Shown one piece after another: positions 9,751 through 20,747 of a DNA stretch of 64,000 nucleotides; positions within the stretch are counted from its first letter, which is position 1; each line of letters begins with the position of its first letter. Below the pieces are notes generated by a model. It made no database searches and was not told the DNA's origin. It saw only the letters and a program-made list of their open reading frames with translations. The position numbers and the translations under genes were made by a program. The stretch lies in contig CM074516.1 in assembly GCA_037379345.1 (NCBI GenBank), positions 35,377,626-35,441,625 on the forward strand. The letters are read 5' to 3'. Source of the DNA: Perna viridis (taxonomy: Eukaryota).

Positions 9751-12648
9751 TTTGAATGGACCAATCAAGTCCATGTGCCATCTTGAAAAGGTGTCTGTGA
9801 TTGGCATTGGTGTCATTGGAACTCTTTTTGAGTGTGGTGGGTACTTTGCTTTTTGACATGGATCACAAGCTTTACAGTAATCTGCTACAGCTTGATACAT
9901 GCCTGGGAAGAAGTATTTTTGCTGTATTGACCTGTATGTGCGATCAAATCCAAAGTGTCCTTGATCATGGTATGCTTTCATAAGATCATTTCGAAGTGTG
10001 CGTGGTAATGCAAGTTGTTTAATGAATCTGTCATGTTTTTGTTTTCCCTTGTACCTTGGTTCATATTGGTGGTACAGGACTCCATCTTGCATGATGTACT
10101 GATTTGCTTCAATTGTGATTTTGCGTGCCATTTTTTCATCATCTGGTAAGTCTTGTGATTTAAGGTATGTGTACAAATGACAAAAGTCTGTACATTCACT
10201 TTGTAGTTTGCCTATGTCAACTGGTATAATGTCTGAAACTGTGACTTCCGCAATTGTTGGTGGTTTTGTTACTGTTGGTTCATTGTAAAGAAATGTCACT
10301 TCAAGTGCATCATTGTCTGTACTGTTCATGGAGTTGACAGTGGGTATGCTATCCTCTGGCTCAGTGACATCAACCTCCCGTGTCTCAGGATAGCTACGCC
10401 TTGAGAGACAGTCAGCAACTACATTGCTTTTGCCCTCTCTGTACAAAATCTCCATATCATACCCTTGTAACAGAACTGACCATCTAGCCAAACGACCAGA
10501 ACTTTGTTTGATGTTGTTAAGAAATTTGAGTGCTCTGTGATCAGTGTAAACTTGGAAATGTTTGCATGCTAAATATACATGGTAGTGTTTTATTCCTTCT
10601 AGGATTGCTAAACATTCATGTTCACTAGCTGACCATTTTCTTTCAGCTTCTGTCATACTTCTACCACCATAAGCTATGACTTTTTCTTGTTTGTTTTCAT
10701 GTAACTGTGAAAGGTAATAGCCGATAGCTGTGCCGCTTGCATCTGTGGTGAGAATGAAGTCTTTGGACATGTCTGGGTATGCTAGTATTGGTGCTGATGT
10801 AAGTGCATGTTTTAATGTGTCAAATGCCGATTGACATTGCTCTGTCCATTGAAATGTAACACTTTCTTTTGTTAAGTTTGTAAGTGGACTTGCAATTTTG
10901 CTGAAACCTTTGACAAACCGCCTGTAATACCCACATAAACCCAGAAAGCTTTTTATGTCCTTTTCATTTTTTGGAACTGGAAAAGATTTTACTGCTTCAA
11001 TTTTTTCATGATCAACTTCAACACCTTGTTTTGATATTTTGTGGCCCAAGTAAATGACATTTTTGCGAGCGAACTGACATTTGCTTGGATTGAGTGTAAG
11101 GTTTGCTGCTATCAATCTATCAAAAACCAGTTGTAAATGTTTTAAATGTTCCTCAAATGTTTTACTGAACAGCAAAATGTCATCAACATAGACTAGTGCA
11201 ATTTGGTAGTTCAGACGATGTAGCACTTGTGTCAGCAGGTGTTGAAATGATGAAGGTGCTGCTGCTAAACCAAATGGTAGACGTTTCCATTGGTATACCC
11301 CACTAGGTGTAACAAAGGCTGATTTTTGTGCAGTAGCTGGATCTAATGGACATTGCCAATAGCCTGACAACAGATCCAGTGTGCTGAATATCTGAGCCTG
11401 GGAACGCCCTAGGGAGTCTAGCACATCTTCAATGCGTGGCAGTGGAAAAAATTTTGGCTTTGTAACTTTGTTCAGTGCACGAAAATCACAGCAAAATCTA
11501 AGTTCACCATTTTTCTTTTTGCACATTACCACTGGAGCTGCCCACTCACTGTTTGACTCTTCAATTATGTCATGTTTTAGCATTTTTTCTAGCTGTTTGT
11601 TCATTGTATCTAAGACTGCTGGTGATTGTCTGTAAAATCTTTTTCTGATTGGTGTTGCATCTCCTGTATCTATTGTGTGTTTGTATAGATCAGTTAAACC
11701 TAATTCAGTTAGATCTCTTGCAAATGCTTTTCTGTTTTTGTGTAAAAATGCTAAAAGCAATGTTTTTTGTTCTTCTGTCAAGTCTGAGTGGCTCAAGTCA
11801 AAATCTAAACATGGTTGATCTTCGGTATGATTCATGGTACATGTAGTGTGTTGGTTTTCATCATTTGGTGGGTCTTGTAATGGTGTGATTGAATTGGATT
11901 CAACTTGACAGACTGATGCAACAACTACATTTGCTGGTAAATGTATGTTTTTCTTTGTTGGGTTCATGATCCTGATGCATGAGTCACCCGTTTCATCTAG
12001 TTTGACTAAGCATTTTGCGCCTGCGAGTGATTGTGTTGGTAGGTTTTGTAAAGGTTCTAGAAGTGCAATGGTATTCTTGAGATGTGACACTTTAATTGGT
12101 ATATCAACTTGATGCATTGGTTTGATTTTCATGTGTCTTTTTGTTCTAGCTAAGCCACTGTCTAATGCAATAGAGTGTGTGATTGGAATTTCTTCACTGT
12201 CTGGTTCTGGGATGTGTAAAGTATGTGTTGGACAATCAATGTTTGCTCTGTGTTTTGTTAAAAAGTCAAATCCAAGAATCAGACTCTGTTGCATTTTTGG
12301 AAAAACATGAAACTTGTATATGAAGGACATGTGTCCTATGTTGAAAGACAAAAGTATGAGACCTATGATTGAATGATGTTCACCTCCTACACCTACAGCA
12401 TCTTGAACGTGGCATTTTTGTATTTGTGAGAGGTCAAAATTTAAAGATTTGAGAAGGTTGAGGGAACAACAACTGATGGTCGCTCCTGTGTCAACTAATG
12501 CCTTAACATTTTGACCTTTGACAGTGATGTGTACTGAATTGCCCCTTAATGCTGAGATTTGTAAAACATGATTTGAATTTGAGATGATTTCTTTGTTCAA
12601 AGATTTTGTAATGTTAGTCTGTTTTGTGATTTGCCTTTTTCTGACTAG
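9718..12648 (-). CDS. pol: Pol: aspartic protease, RT, RNase H and integrase zinc finger
   Basis: ALVDTGA (protease); LPFGL and YVDD (RT); TTDAS...EHECLAI...TDH (RNase H); H..GH...C..CQ (integrase HHCC). The frame is open back to the gag stop codon. Confidence 0.97.
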   Translation of the reverse strand, partial: LVRKRQITKQTNITKSLNKEIISNSNHVLQISALRGNSVHITVKGQNVKALVDTGATISCCSLNLLKSLNFDLSQIQKCHVQDAVGVGGEHHSIIGLILLSFNIGHMSFIYKFHVFPKMQQSLILGFDFLTKHRANIDCPTHTLHIPEPDSEEIPITHSIALDSGLARTKRHMKIKPMHQVDIPIKVSHLKNTIALLEPLQNLPTQSLAGAKCLVKLDETGDSCIRIMNPTKKNIHLPANVVVASVCQVESNSITPLQDPPNDENQHTTCTMNHTEDQPCLDFDLSHSDLTEEQKTLLLAFLHKNRKAFARDLTELGLTDLYKHTIDTGDATPIRKRFYRQSPAVLDTMNKQLEKMLKHDIIEESNSEWAAPVVMCKKKNGELRFCCDFRALNKVTKPKFFPLPRIEDVLDSLGRSQAQIFSTLDLLSGYWQCPLDPATAQKSAFVTPSGVYQWKRLPFGLAAAPSSFQHLLTQVLHRLNYQIALVYVDDILLFSKTFEEHLKHLQLVFDRLIAANLTLNPSKCQFARKNVIYLGHKISKQGVEVDHEKIEAVKSFPVPKNEKDIKSFLGLCGYYRRFVKGFSKIASPLTNLTKESVTFQWTEQCQSAFDTLKHALTSAPILAYPDMSKDFILTTDASGTAIGYYLSQLHENKQEKVIAYGGRSMTEAERKWSASEHECLAILEGIKHYHVYLACKHFQVYTDHRALKFLNNIKQSSGRLARWSVLLQGYDMEILYREGKSNVVADCLSRRSYPETREVDVTEPEDSIPTVNSMNSTDNDALEVTFLYNEPTVTKPPTIAEVTVSDIIPVDIGKLQSECTDFCHLYTYLKSQDLPDDEKMARKITIEANQYIMQDGVLYHQYEPRYKGKQKHDRFIKQLALPRTLRNDLMKAYHDQGHFGFDRTYRSIQQKYFFPGMYQAVADYCKACDPCQKAKYPPHSKRVPMTPMPITDTFSRWHMDLIGPFKKKQNKVIALY

Positions 12649-13749
12649 TCAATTTTGGTTTTGTTGATTTTGTTGTTGTTCTCGTTCTCTTTGCCAGCAT
12701 ACCTCTTTGTAATGACCTAATTTTTCACAATGACGACATTTAACATTGAATGCAGGACACTTTCTCCTATCCCTTACATGCGACTTACCACAGTAGATGC
12801 ACTTTGATTGTGACTGCTGTCCTGACCTGTCTTGACCCCTTGACCGGTACTGTCCCTTTTTTTCATGTGAAAATGCCATCACCTCTTCTTTAAATGCAGA
12901 TCGAATACCTTCTACAATGGAAGAACATAAATCATTAATAGAAGTAGCATTGGAAGTATTGTTCGTACATGTATTTTGTGCTGCTTGATGCTGAACGGTC
13001 ATATTTACTGGTACAGGTGTTGCTGGTGAACACTCTGCCACACTTGTTGCTAACTGTATAGCTTGTCTAAGCTGGTTCATGGTTTTGGGATCTTTTCCCA
13101 CAACAAACGGTTTAATATTGTGCTGCAATCCATGAACTGTTAAACCTATAATTGTTTCTTCACTCATATTTTGCACTCCATTTTGTAAGTTTTGGACACG
13201 TGTTAAATATTGTATCCCAGTCTCATGTGGATATTGCTGCAACCTATCCAGCTCAGTGTTGGTATTTCTTTGTTTAAATCTCTCTAGAAAGGAGGCTTTT
13301 AAAAGATCAATGTCCTTTTTCGTTCCCTCAGGCAACGAATGGTACCAGGTTAATGCCTGACCCTGAATGTGAAATGGAAAAGAGGCTGCTGCAGCCGGTT
13401 TATCATGACCATTTATTTGTATATAATTTTCAAACATGGTCCACCACAGTGATGGGACTTGGGTGGTCTCGTCATGAAAATGTTGTAGAATTATATGCGC
13501 CATATTTCGCCTTCTTAAATTATTAATGACTTGGAGATTAGAATTTGTGTTACTGATACCACTTGATTCTGACTCTACAGGAGTAGGTTGACTAATCTGT
13601 CTAGACTGTTGCTGTTGGTCCAGTGAATCTGTAATTTCTTCGAGTAATTGGTCAACTGGATCCTGGGTCTCCTGGGCTGTTTGACTTCTGGTTTTGATGA
13701 AGTTAGTTGGTGTGGCCCCCTGTTTAGCACTGCCTTGATTTCTTGACAT
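12649..13749 (-). CDS. gag: Gag with C-terminal zinc knuckles
   Basis: ATG about 36 bp after the PBS start; capsid-like ALTWYHSL...SFLERF; CIYCGKSH...C and CRHCEKLGHYKEVC knuckles. Confidence 0.95.
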   Translation of the reverse strand: MSRNQGSAKQGATPTNFIKTRSQTAQETQDPVDQLLEEITDSLDQQQQSRQISQPTPVESESSGISNTNSNLQVINNLRRRNMAHIILQHFHDETTQVPSLWWTMFENYIQINGHDKPAAAASFPFHIQGQALTWYHSLPEGTKKDIDLLKASFLERFKQRNTNTELDRLQQYPHETGIQYLTRVQNLQNGVQNMSEETIIGLTVHGLQHNIKPFVVGKDPKTMNQLRQAIQLATSVAECSPATPVPVNMTVQHQAAQNTCTNNTSNATSINDLCSSIVEGIRSAFKEEVMAFSHEKKGQYRSRGQDRSGQQSQSKCIYCGKSHVRDRRKCPAFNVKCRHCEKLGHYKEVCWQREREQQQNQQNQN

Positions 13750-13769
13750 GTAGAGCGTCGTACAGGAAT

Positions 13770-13785
13770 CACGGGTTCTCTACCA
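13770..13785 (-). promoter_or_regulatory. Primer binding site
   Basis: TGGTAGAGAACCCGTG begins 2 nt after the 5' LTR. It resembles the initiator-Met PBS (TGGTAGCAGAG) with a gap; the priming tRNA is uncertain. Confidence 0.7.
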
Positions 13786-13787
13786 TT

Positions 13788-14412
13788 TGTGATCTTGAGT
13801 TTAGGAGTCAGATCACGTGATGTTCTGTTTTTATGGTGTGACGTAATAGGCTGGAATGAAAACCAAGTTAACACAATATAACTTTATTAAAATAGATGTT
13901 TCTTGTATGGCGGCCGTTGTCCAAGTGGCCGAGTTTACCAAACATAAAGTTATGTTTTCACTCCAGGTGAGGCCCATTGAAGGAAAATAGCTATATACAC
14001 AAAGAGCAAATATATTAAAACCCCTTATTGAACCTCTATGAAAAAATATGTGAAAAGCCATTTCATGTCACCTAATCCACCTATGTTAAGTGCTAGGACG
14101 CAGTCCTTAATCCGGATATGCTATAATCTTATCCCTGATTTTGTATAGCCTTAATTATACAGTTAATTATCAAGTCTTGGTATCTATTTAGTCTTACGTA
14201 AGATATTTACATACTTAAAACATGTTGGCACTACAGCATTATGTTTCTTTTTAAATATATGTTTATTAAAATACTTGTGAAACAATATTAAGTTTAGGTG
14301 ACTGGCTTGGACATTACAATGTACAAACATGAAAAATATCAAATGAAACAATAAAGAAAAATATATGCATATTATGTACAAGAAGGGATGATGGCTTGTT
14401 TTCCCTATCACA
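13788..14412 (-). repeat. 5' LTR (625 bp)
   Basis: TGTGATAG...GATCACA termini, internal AATAAA, and a match to the 3' LTR minus its 967-bp segment. Confidence 0.96.
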
Positions 14413-15375
14413 CAATTACTCTTCTGTAATGTGTGATTTTCTAAGAATTTACATCTATAAGGTCTTTGTTTTTACATTAGCCCTAGTTAAACAGTTCTCT
14501 AACAAAGGAGAATAGAACTGCACTATGGAAAAAATTCCCATTTACAGTCATGTACTCAACGAAAAACATTCGAAATTTCTAATGAAACAAAAATACCGGT
14601 TTATAAAGGACTTTAATGCTATATCCATCCATTGGTATCGACTCACTCACAATTAACACTTTAAAATATATTTCAACTAAATATTGTATCAAACAATGTT
14701 ATCTAATTCTAAATATTCACATACATTTGTAGCCTGAAAAAATGTTTCCTTAGACAAAAACTGTATACTTGATTTGCAGCTGTATAAAATATATCAAGAG
14801 GAATTGCCAGTATCATTTGCTTTCAGAACCAACATAACGTGTATGTACATTCAGCACTTCAAAACACTGTCATTAACTTTTCTTTATAATCATTATTTGT
14901 ATATACATATATATATAAGATCTGTCTTACATGAACTGGAAAGTGTTGATTTTATCCAAAAAAAAAAAAAATTGCTGGGTCAAAGATTCAGCAAATCCTG
15001 TAGGTTATACAATGCTGTATATAGCGTGCATATTTTATGAATGAACGTTGTCACATGAAAACTTATTTCCCCCCGAATACACAATGACCCACTTTGATGA
15101 TTTACTCCGTGCGTGAGAGACCCCAAACGATAGCCAATGACATTAAGAAACTCCTCAGTCCGTCATACATTACACATGTGTGCAAACCGGGTTTAACAGT
15201 ATTGAGTATATATGTTAGCACGAAAACGAAAATTAAACCAAGTATAGGAACAGTCAGCTGTTTGTCAGCGTCAGTCATATCGTGCAAATGATTGGCTAAC
15301 ACTGTGTTACGAAAGATTTTTGGGGGTTTTAGTGGTTTATATCCAAAAAGACAGTCGAATTATGTCCTAGAAGAT

Positions 15376-15799
15376 AGAACGGTACTATTTATTTCCCATA
15401 GGCGACAACAGTGAAACTTTGAAAAAATCACATCTTTAAAACAATGACGGAGCTATAAACTGACTTTTTTCTAGTAATATCTTCATTTCTCTAACTAAAA
15501 TTGCGATAAAAATCATTACAAAACAGCCTCGATTCTTTGGTGTTTCCAGCAGGTTATGTTTGGGGTCAAAGCCCCATCCCCCCTTTTCTGCGAATGGCAC
15601 ATAAATTTTAAAAATTTATAATATTTATATGTTTTTTACGTATAATGCAATTTGTTAAAAGTATAATAATGTTAGAGCCTGAAATTAATAAAACATTTTG
15701 AGCATCGGCACCATTTGTCCACTAACAGTGTCCGGAAGTATTTACTTAAGTAGGGTACACAAAAGGTCAGCCTAAAATAATGAGTAATAGTACCGTTCT
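15376..15799. mobile_element. Small MITE
   Basis: 14-bp perfect inverted repeat agaacggtactatt / aatagtaccgttct; no clear TSD. Confidence 0.55.
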
Positions 15800-17311
15800 C
15801 AGTAGAAACAACAATGTTCTAGCTTTATAATATCGTGTTTATGTAAATATTATGTACTGATGTTTTACTTAGTTTAAATGTAGTTATTTTAATGATTTAT
15901 TAATGTCATGTGTTTGCGTTTACACAGATGTTATAGGTTTTGACTATATACACTCACCAACTTGTAACTTGTAAGATACGAATGTACATGAAGACAAGAT
16001 GTACGTATACGTGTATTTATTACATGTAGTTTTTTTTTAAATTCCATGAAACTTACACAGAGGTGTTTGCAGCTAAAATGATGGAAAAGATGTGACAGAA
16101 GTTTGATATGTGTTGAACTTGCATAAATATGCACCTTAGGAAGTGTTCCTCTGCTAAGTATGAATTTGCTTTCTCAGTATGATAAAATGCATACAGATGT
16201 ACAGAATAATTGAATGCTTTTTCATGGTTAAGAGCGCATTTGGGAAGGTGTGTATCATGTTCTTGAGAGTATATAAATTGCCATTTACTTTCTATCGAAG
16301 TATCATACTAAACTGACCTAAGAGGGACATTACTGACTAAGAGATAGGTTCCAGGGTCAACTCTCTTTGCTCTTGGCTTGTTCTTCTGACATTTCTACCA
16401 CAAGATATTTGAAAGGTAATGACTAATATCAGTTGAAGTGTCGGTGGCATTGGCCAAACTTACTCGTTACTTCTGCATAAGGGGTACATATCATTTGATT
16501 TAAGTGTAGAATCCTTCAAAAGTTAATCAAAGAACAACTAAATAGCTACAGATCACCACACGGTCGTCTTTTTATCTGGCACTTACTAATGGAAGAATTA
16601 TACGTTTATAGAAACTGACAACTAAGTTGCTAAAACGTGTTTTAATGTTCATAGATTTATTTATTTCTAATATACTCTTTACATATTTACATTTTTGTAA
16701 ACAGTATTATAATACGTTTTACATTCTCTCATAATTCTTTACAGAATGGCCATTGTATTTTTGTATTGATCAAAATTTGTTGTTTTCTTTTATCTCACTG
16801 TATAGTAATACAATTAATGAGAATATAATTTGATATTGAATCTTGAACTCAACCGTTGATATTATAAACGAACCCCGATAACGTATACAGAAATTGGACC
16901 CGTATAAAAGTAACACAGATTCATAACCTTTCATTAATATAACAATAATTCGCACTTGCTCAAATTAATGATGAAACTATTTTTGCGGCGAGGGGTAACA
17001 GATATAATAAAAAAAATGCAGACTCTCGATATCAGTTCCGATCTGCAATCGTTAAAGAAAAAAGGCTATAACTTCCGACAGTAATTGATAGTATCATAAT
17101 TGCATAGAAAAACAACAGCCTGAATATCATTCTATAAACATGATGTTGACAACAGCTAAAACCCGCAAAACACAAAAACATTACAGACATAGCGATCTAA
17201 TAGGGAACTTTCGAGTTATGTTACCTCTCCTATTTGGAGGAGCATTGCATATATTAGCCGATCAAAAAGTTCAGCATCCTTACTTCCGGTTTATAGTTGT
17301 CAACGTAAACA

Positions 17312-17450
17312 ATGTCGATGTCTCACTTAAGCTTTCCTGGAAATTTTAGTCGGATGCCAGTACCCGAACTGAAATCGTATTTAATGGACAGAGGAATCTC
17401 ATGTACATTGTACAGAAGGTCGGCTTTGGTTCGTTTGCGTAAAAAGCTTC
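17312..17450 (+). pseudogene. Possible SAP-like domain remnant of a transposon accessory ORF
   Basis: FSRMPVPELKSYLMDRGIS...RSALVRL resembles the SAP motif pattern; no continuation found. Confidence 0.3.
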
Positions 17451-18239
17451 TAGCAATATGTAATAAGTACCTCAGTAATTCAACTTTCAAGTTTAGTTTA
17501 TTCTTGTGTTGAGGTCATCTTTAAGTTACAAAATACAGATACATACAGGAGTGAAACGAAACCATTGGAATTTGTTATGGTTATCTGAAGTAGCGGCAGT
17601 ATGCTGCGTTTTAATACTGCTGTTACAGTAATTATTTAGCAGAGCTTTTTACGGCAATCAACTAAGTAGAGTAGTGTTAAAGTATAATTCGCTGAAGTTT
17701 TTCTTTATGTATTTATGATATAGTGGTGGTACCAAGCTCAAGCCAGCGAACAATAAGGCAGTAAACAATAAGAAAGCGCGAGAAAACTCCAATATCTAAA
17801 AACCATAAAACGTAACAAGCCCACAACGGACTTTGCCATTTTATTTCAAATTATTATCATTGGATTATTTCGTATTAAAATTGTTGACACTATTGCGTTT
17901 ATGCACGTATTTCTAATGCATTCCAAATTGCTTTATAGAAACTGAAATGGAAAACTTTTTGAATAAAATTTTGAATATCTTCATAGACGTAAGATATTTG
18001 TTGTCATGCTGATATGATTAATTAACTAATTTTGGACCCTGGTTTAGGGTCCGATTTGTAAATGTCTGGATCTGACATTGATAACTCTGTCAACTTCAAT
18101 TATAGAACTCAATTCAGTTAATTACATAAAGACAGAATAATGTTAAAAATAAACAATTCCCCTTCTATATATATATACAAAAATAAATTATATGCCTTTT
18201 TGTAAAAACACACAAACAAAAACGTACAAACAAACTTGG

Positions 18240-19420
18240 AATTTCCAGTTTTGGGTGAATGGTTCATATGCACATCCTGGAAATTTAGAAGTGAGCAAAC
18301 CGGTATTGTGACTAACTACCCATGAATGGCATGTAAAAACTTTGCCGTAGGAGTTTTTTATAACACCTTGAAGACGGGTCCCCTACATGACGTTTTTTCC
18401 CAACTTTGAATTCCATGTTAGGGAGAACAGTCCAATTGCACACCCTGAAAATTTGGTGGTGAACTAATCGGTATGGTGACTAACGAACCCTGAATGGTCT
18501 GTAAATGCTTTGCCGTAGTATACTTTTACGACACCTTGAAGAGGGGTCTCCCTCATGAGTTGCTTTGCAACTTCGAATTTCTTGTTTGGGAAAACGGTTC
18601 GTATACTCACCCTGGAAATTTGGTGGTGAACTAATCGGTATGGTAACTAACTTACCCTACAAGGCCTGTAAAGGTTTTGCCGTAGGAATTTTTATATAAC
18701 ACCTTGAAGAGCGGTCCCCTACATGACGTTTTCTCTTAACTTAGAATTCCCTGTTCGGGACAACGGTTCATATGCACACCCTGGAAATTTGGTGGTGAAC
18801 TTTCATGCCATTTGTGGTCAGGTTATCTCACTACCGGTTAGTTTATCTCCAGATTTCTAGGATCCATATTAACCTGGAAGCCCGGGTAAAATTTTCGTTC
18901 CACATATTTCTCTCAAATATAACCCCGGGTCATCAGTGACGTCTTCTGTCTCTTGATTGGCTGAACGAATTTGACTTTATTTTATTCACTTAAATACGTT
19001 TTAATATTTAAATTTAAAGAAAATTACGTTTAAATATTTTTTTTTCAAATTAATGATAGCGTCTTTTGATAATTGCACAATTACAGAGTTAATTTAGATA
19101 ATCTAATCTTTGTTTTTATTTTATTTCATAAGCGGCAATTTACTCATATATTGCACATATCCGTCGCTGGTGACCTGAGTCTATATTTTAGCGATCCTAG
19201 GTTCGCTTATGATATTGACCAGGGGACCAGATTAGGATCCATATATGAACTGCTCAGAGAAAGTTTCAAATTTGGCAGTTTATTTTACTCAAAGGATCCC
19301 TTTTCAAGTAGTTATAAAATATTTCGTAGCCTTAAGCTTTAGTGGTAAATTAAGGGTTGAGTTAGTTAATTGCCAAATTTCTAGGATCCGCATAAAGATC
19401 GTTTCCCCAGAAGTGGAACA
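18240..19420. repeat. About 168-bp tandem repeat (about 3.3 units) followed by inverted partial units
   Basis: Units begin near 18261, 18429, 18596 and 18764 (cac.ccctggaaattt...tttgccgtag...acaccttgaaga). 18803-18863 is the reverse complement of the unit, and further inverted fragments run to about 19420. Confidence 0.85.
18870..19234. mobile_element. Non-autonomous DNA transposon with a 10-bp TSD (AcademH-like)
   Basis: Ends taacctgg...ccagatta (imperfect TIR), flanked by GGATCCATAT at 18860-18869 and 19235-19244. The superfamily is inferred from TSD length and termini. Confidence 0.7.
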
Positions 19421-19907
19421 CCCCCCTTTTCCCCAATACACACACCTTATTTTTCTCATTCTAGTCATGAATTAACTATTTGTAGAAATGTTTTTGAGGA
19501 GCGTATATAAACAGTGACGGGTGACGGGTATTTATTTATTTATATTTCGTTTATTTTTTTCTATTTTGTTTGTGTTAATTGACAAAAAGGGATGGAATTT
19601 ATTCTTGTATCTATATGTTTTATATCTATATAGAAGTGGAAGTGCTTATTTTCAACAATATTCTCTCTTTATGTAACTGATTTGTGCTATTAAATTAACG
19701 GAGGTATTAATCTCAGATCTACAAATGGTAGCCCTAAAAAGTTTTACATGTATACACATGTGAAAGTGAGGCTCAACAAGATGGACGTTTGTTTTTTTCT
19801 CGGTGAAAATTTATAGTGTAAACATGGATTTATTATAACATCTAGACTTTTATTGTGATAAAAGAAAATATCAGAAGAATTGAAAGGTATATTTGCACCG
19901 ATTATTT

Positions 19908-20747
19908 ATGCCGAGACACAAAAATCAGCCCAATCAAAGGCCTAGGTACAGTACATCAGATTCAGATAGTGATTATTATCGGCCTACACCAAAACGAATG
20001 AACACTAAATCTTACTCATATTCCTGTCCTAAGCCTATTAATTTAACAATGTCGACAACATCCGATACAACATCTACCCAGTCGGATCAAACTGTTTCCA
20101 CTGCTGACCTTTATAAACTAATGTTGACAGTAAAACAAAATCAAGATTCCCTGAGAACGTCACTCGAACAGAGAATTTCAAATTTAGAGACAAAATTTAC
20201 AAACGAAATAAAGATGAGCATGAAAACACTAAAAGATGAAATGACTTTAGAATTTGCTCAAGTTGACAACAAAATAAAGGAACTGGAAACTAAAATGTCA
20301 AATTATGAAAGTAAACAACAAGAAATAAACAATGATCTACCGTCTGTTAGTATGAAAAATGTTCAGCCAAAACTTGTATTTAGAAACATTAAATCTGAAG
20401 GATTAAATACTGATAGCCTGGAGACGTATGTTAACGGAATACTAAGATCAATTGGATTAGAGTTTAGTGTAGTTAGCGCTCAGCAGATCGGTAATCCGAA
20501 TAACGGAAGAGTAAACAATACACAACGTCCGAAACCAGTTCTTGTTACTTTCGGAGATGAAAATCAACGTGTTGATGTCCTTAAGAACAAACGAAAACTA
20601 AAAGACATAAATGATTACAAAAATATCTACATAGAAACAGATCGTACACGACAAGAACGCATCAACGACGCTAATTTGAGACAGATAATCAAATCAATTC
20701 CAGAACTTCAATTTCGAGGCGGGCGTGTAACCGTGAAGCAAAATTAA
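19908..20747 (+). CDS. LINE ORF1p (coiled coil plus RRM-like domain)
   Basis: Heptad-rich centre; RPKPVLVTF...VLKNKRKLK...IYIETDRTRQER. First ATG at 19908. Confidence 0.9.
   Translation: MPRHKNQPNQRPRYSTSDSDSDYYRPTPKRMNTKSYSYSCPKPINLTMSTTSDTTSTQSDQTVSTADLYKLMLTVKQNQDSLRTSLEQRISNLETKFTNEIKMSMKTLKDEMTLEFAQVDNKIKELETKMSNYESKQQEINNDLPSVSMKNVQPKLVFRNIKSEGLNTDSLETYVNGILRSIGLEFSVVSAQQIGNPNNGRVNNTQRPKPVLVTFGDENQRVDVLKNKRKLKDINDYKNIYIETDRTRQERINDANLRQIIKSIPELQFRGGRVTVKQN

Larger units (their letters stand above)
5904..14412 (-). mobile_element. Complete Ty3/Gypsy LTR retrotransposon, recent insertion
   Basis: TG...CA LTRs; 4-bp TSD CAAT at 5900-5903 and 14413-14416; PBS and PPT present; domain order gag-PR-RT-RH-IN. 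Shared LTR sequence looks identical by eye. Confidence 0.97.

Noticed and set aside
9749-9753. Programmed -1 frameshift at C AAA AAG
   Set aside because: It falls inside the integrase catalytic core, and motif spacing fits a simple insertion better.
8469-12310. Plus-strand ORFs overlapping pol
   Set aside because: They are antisense shadows of the Gypsy coding region.
15931-16480. Possible additional exons on the minus strand
   Set aside because: Splice-like sites are present, but I found no frame that is open and phase-consistent.
18240-18810. Possible CRISPR-like array
   Set aside because: Whole 168-bp units are similar with no unique spacers, the context is eukaryotic, and there are no cas genes.
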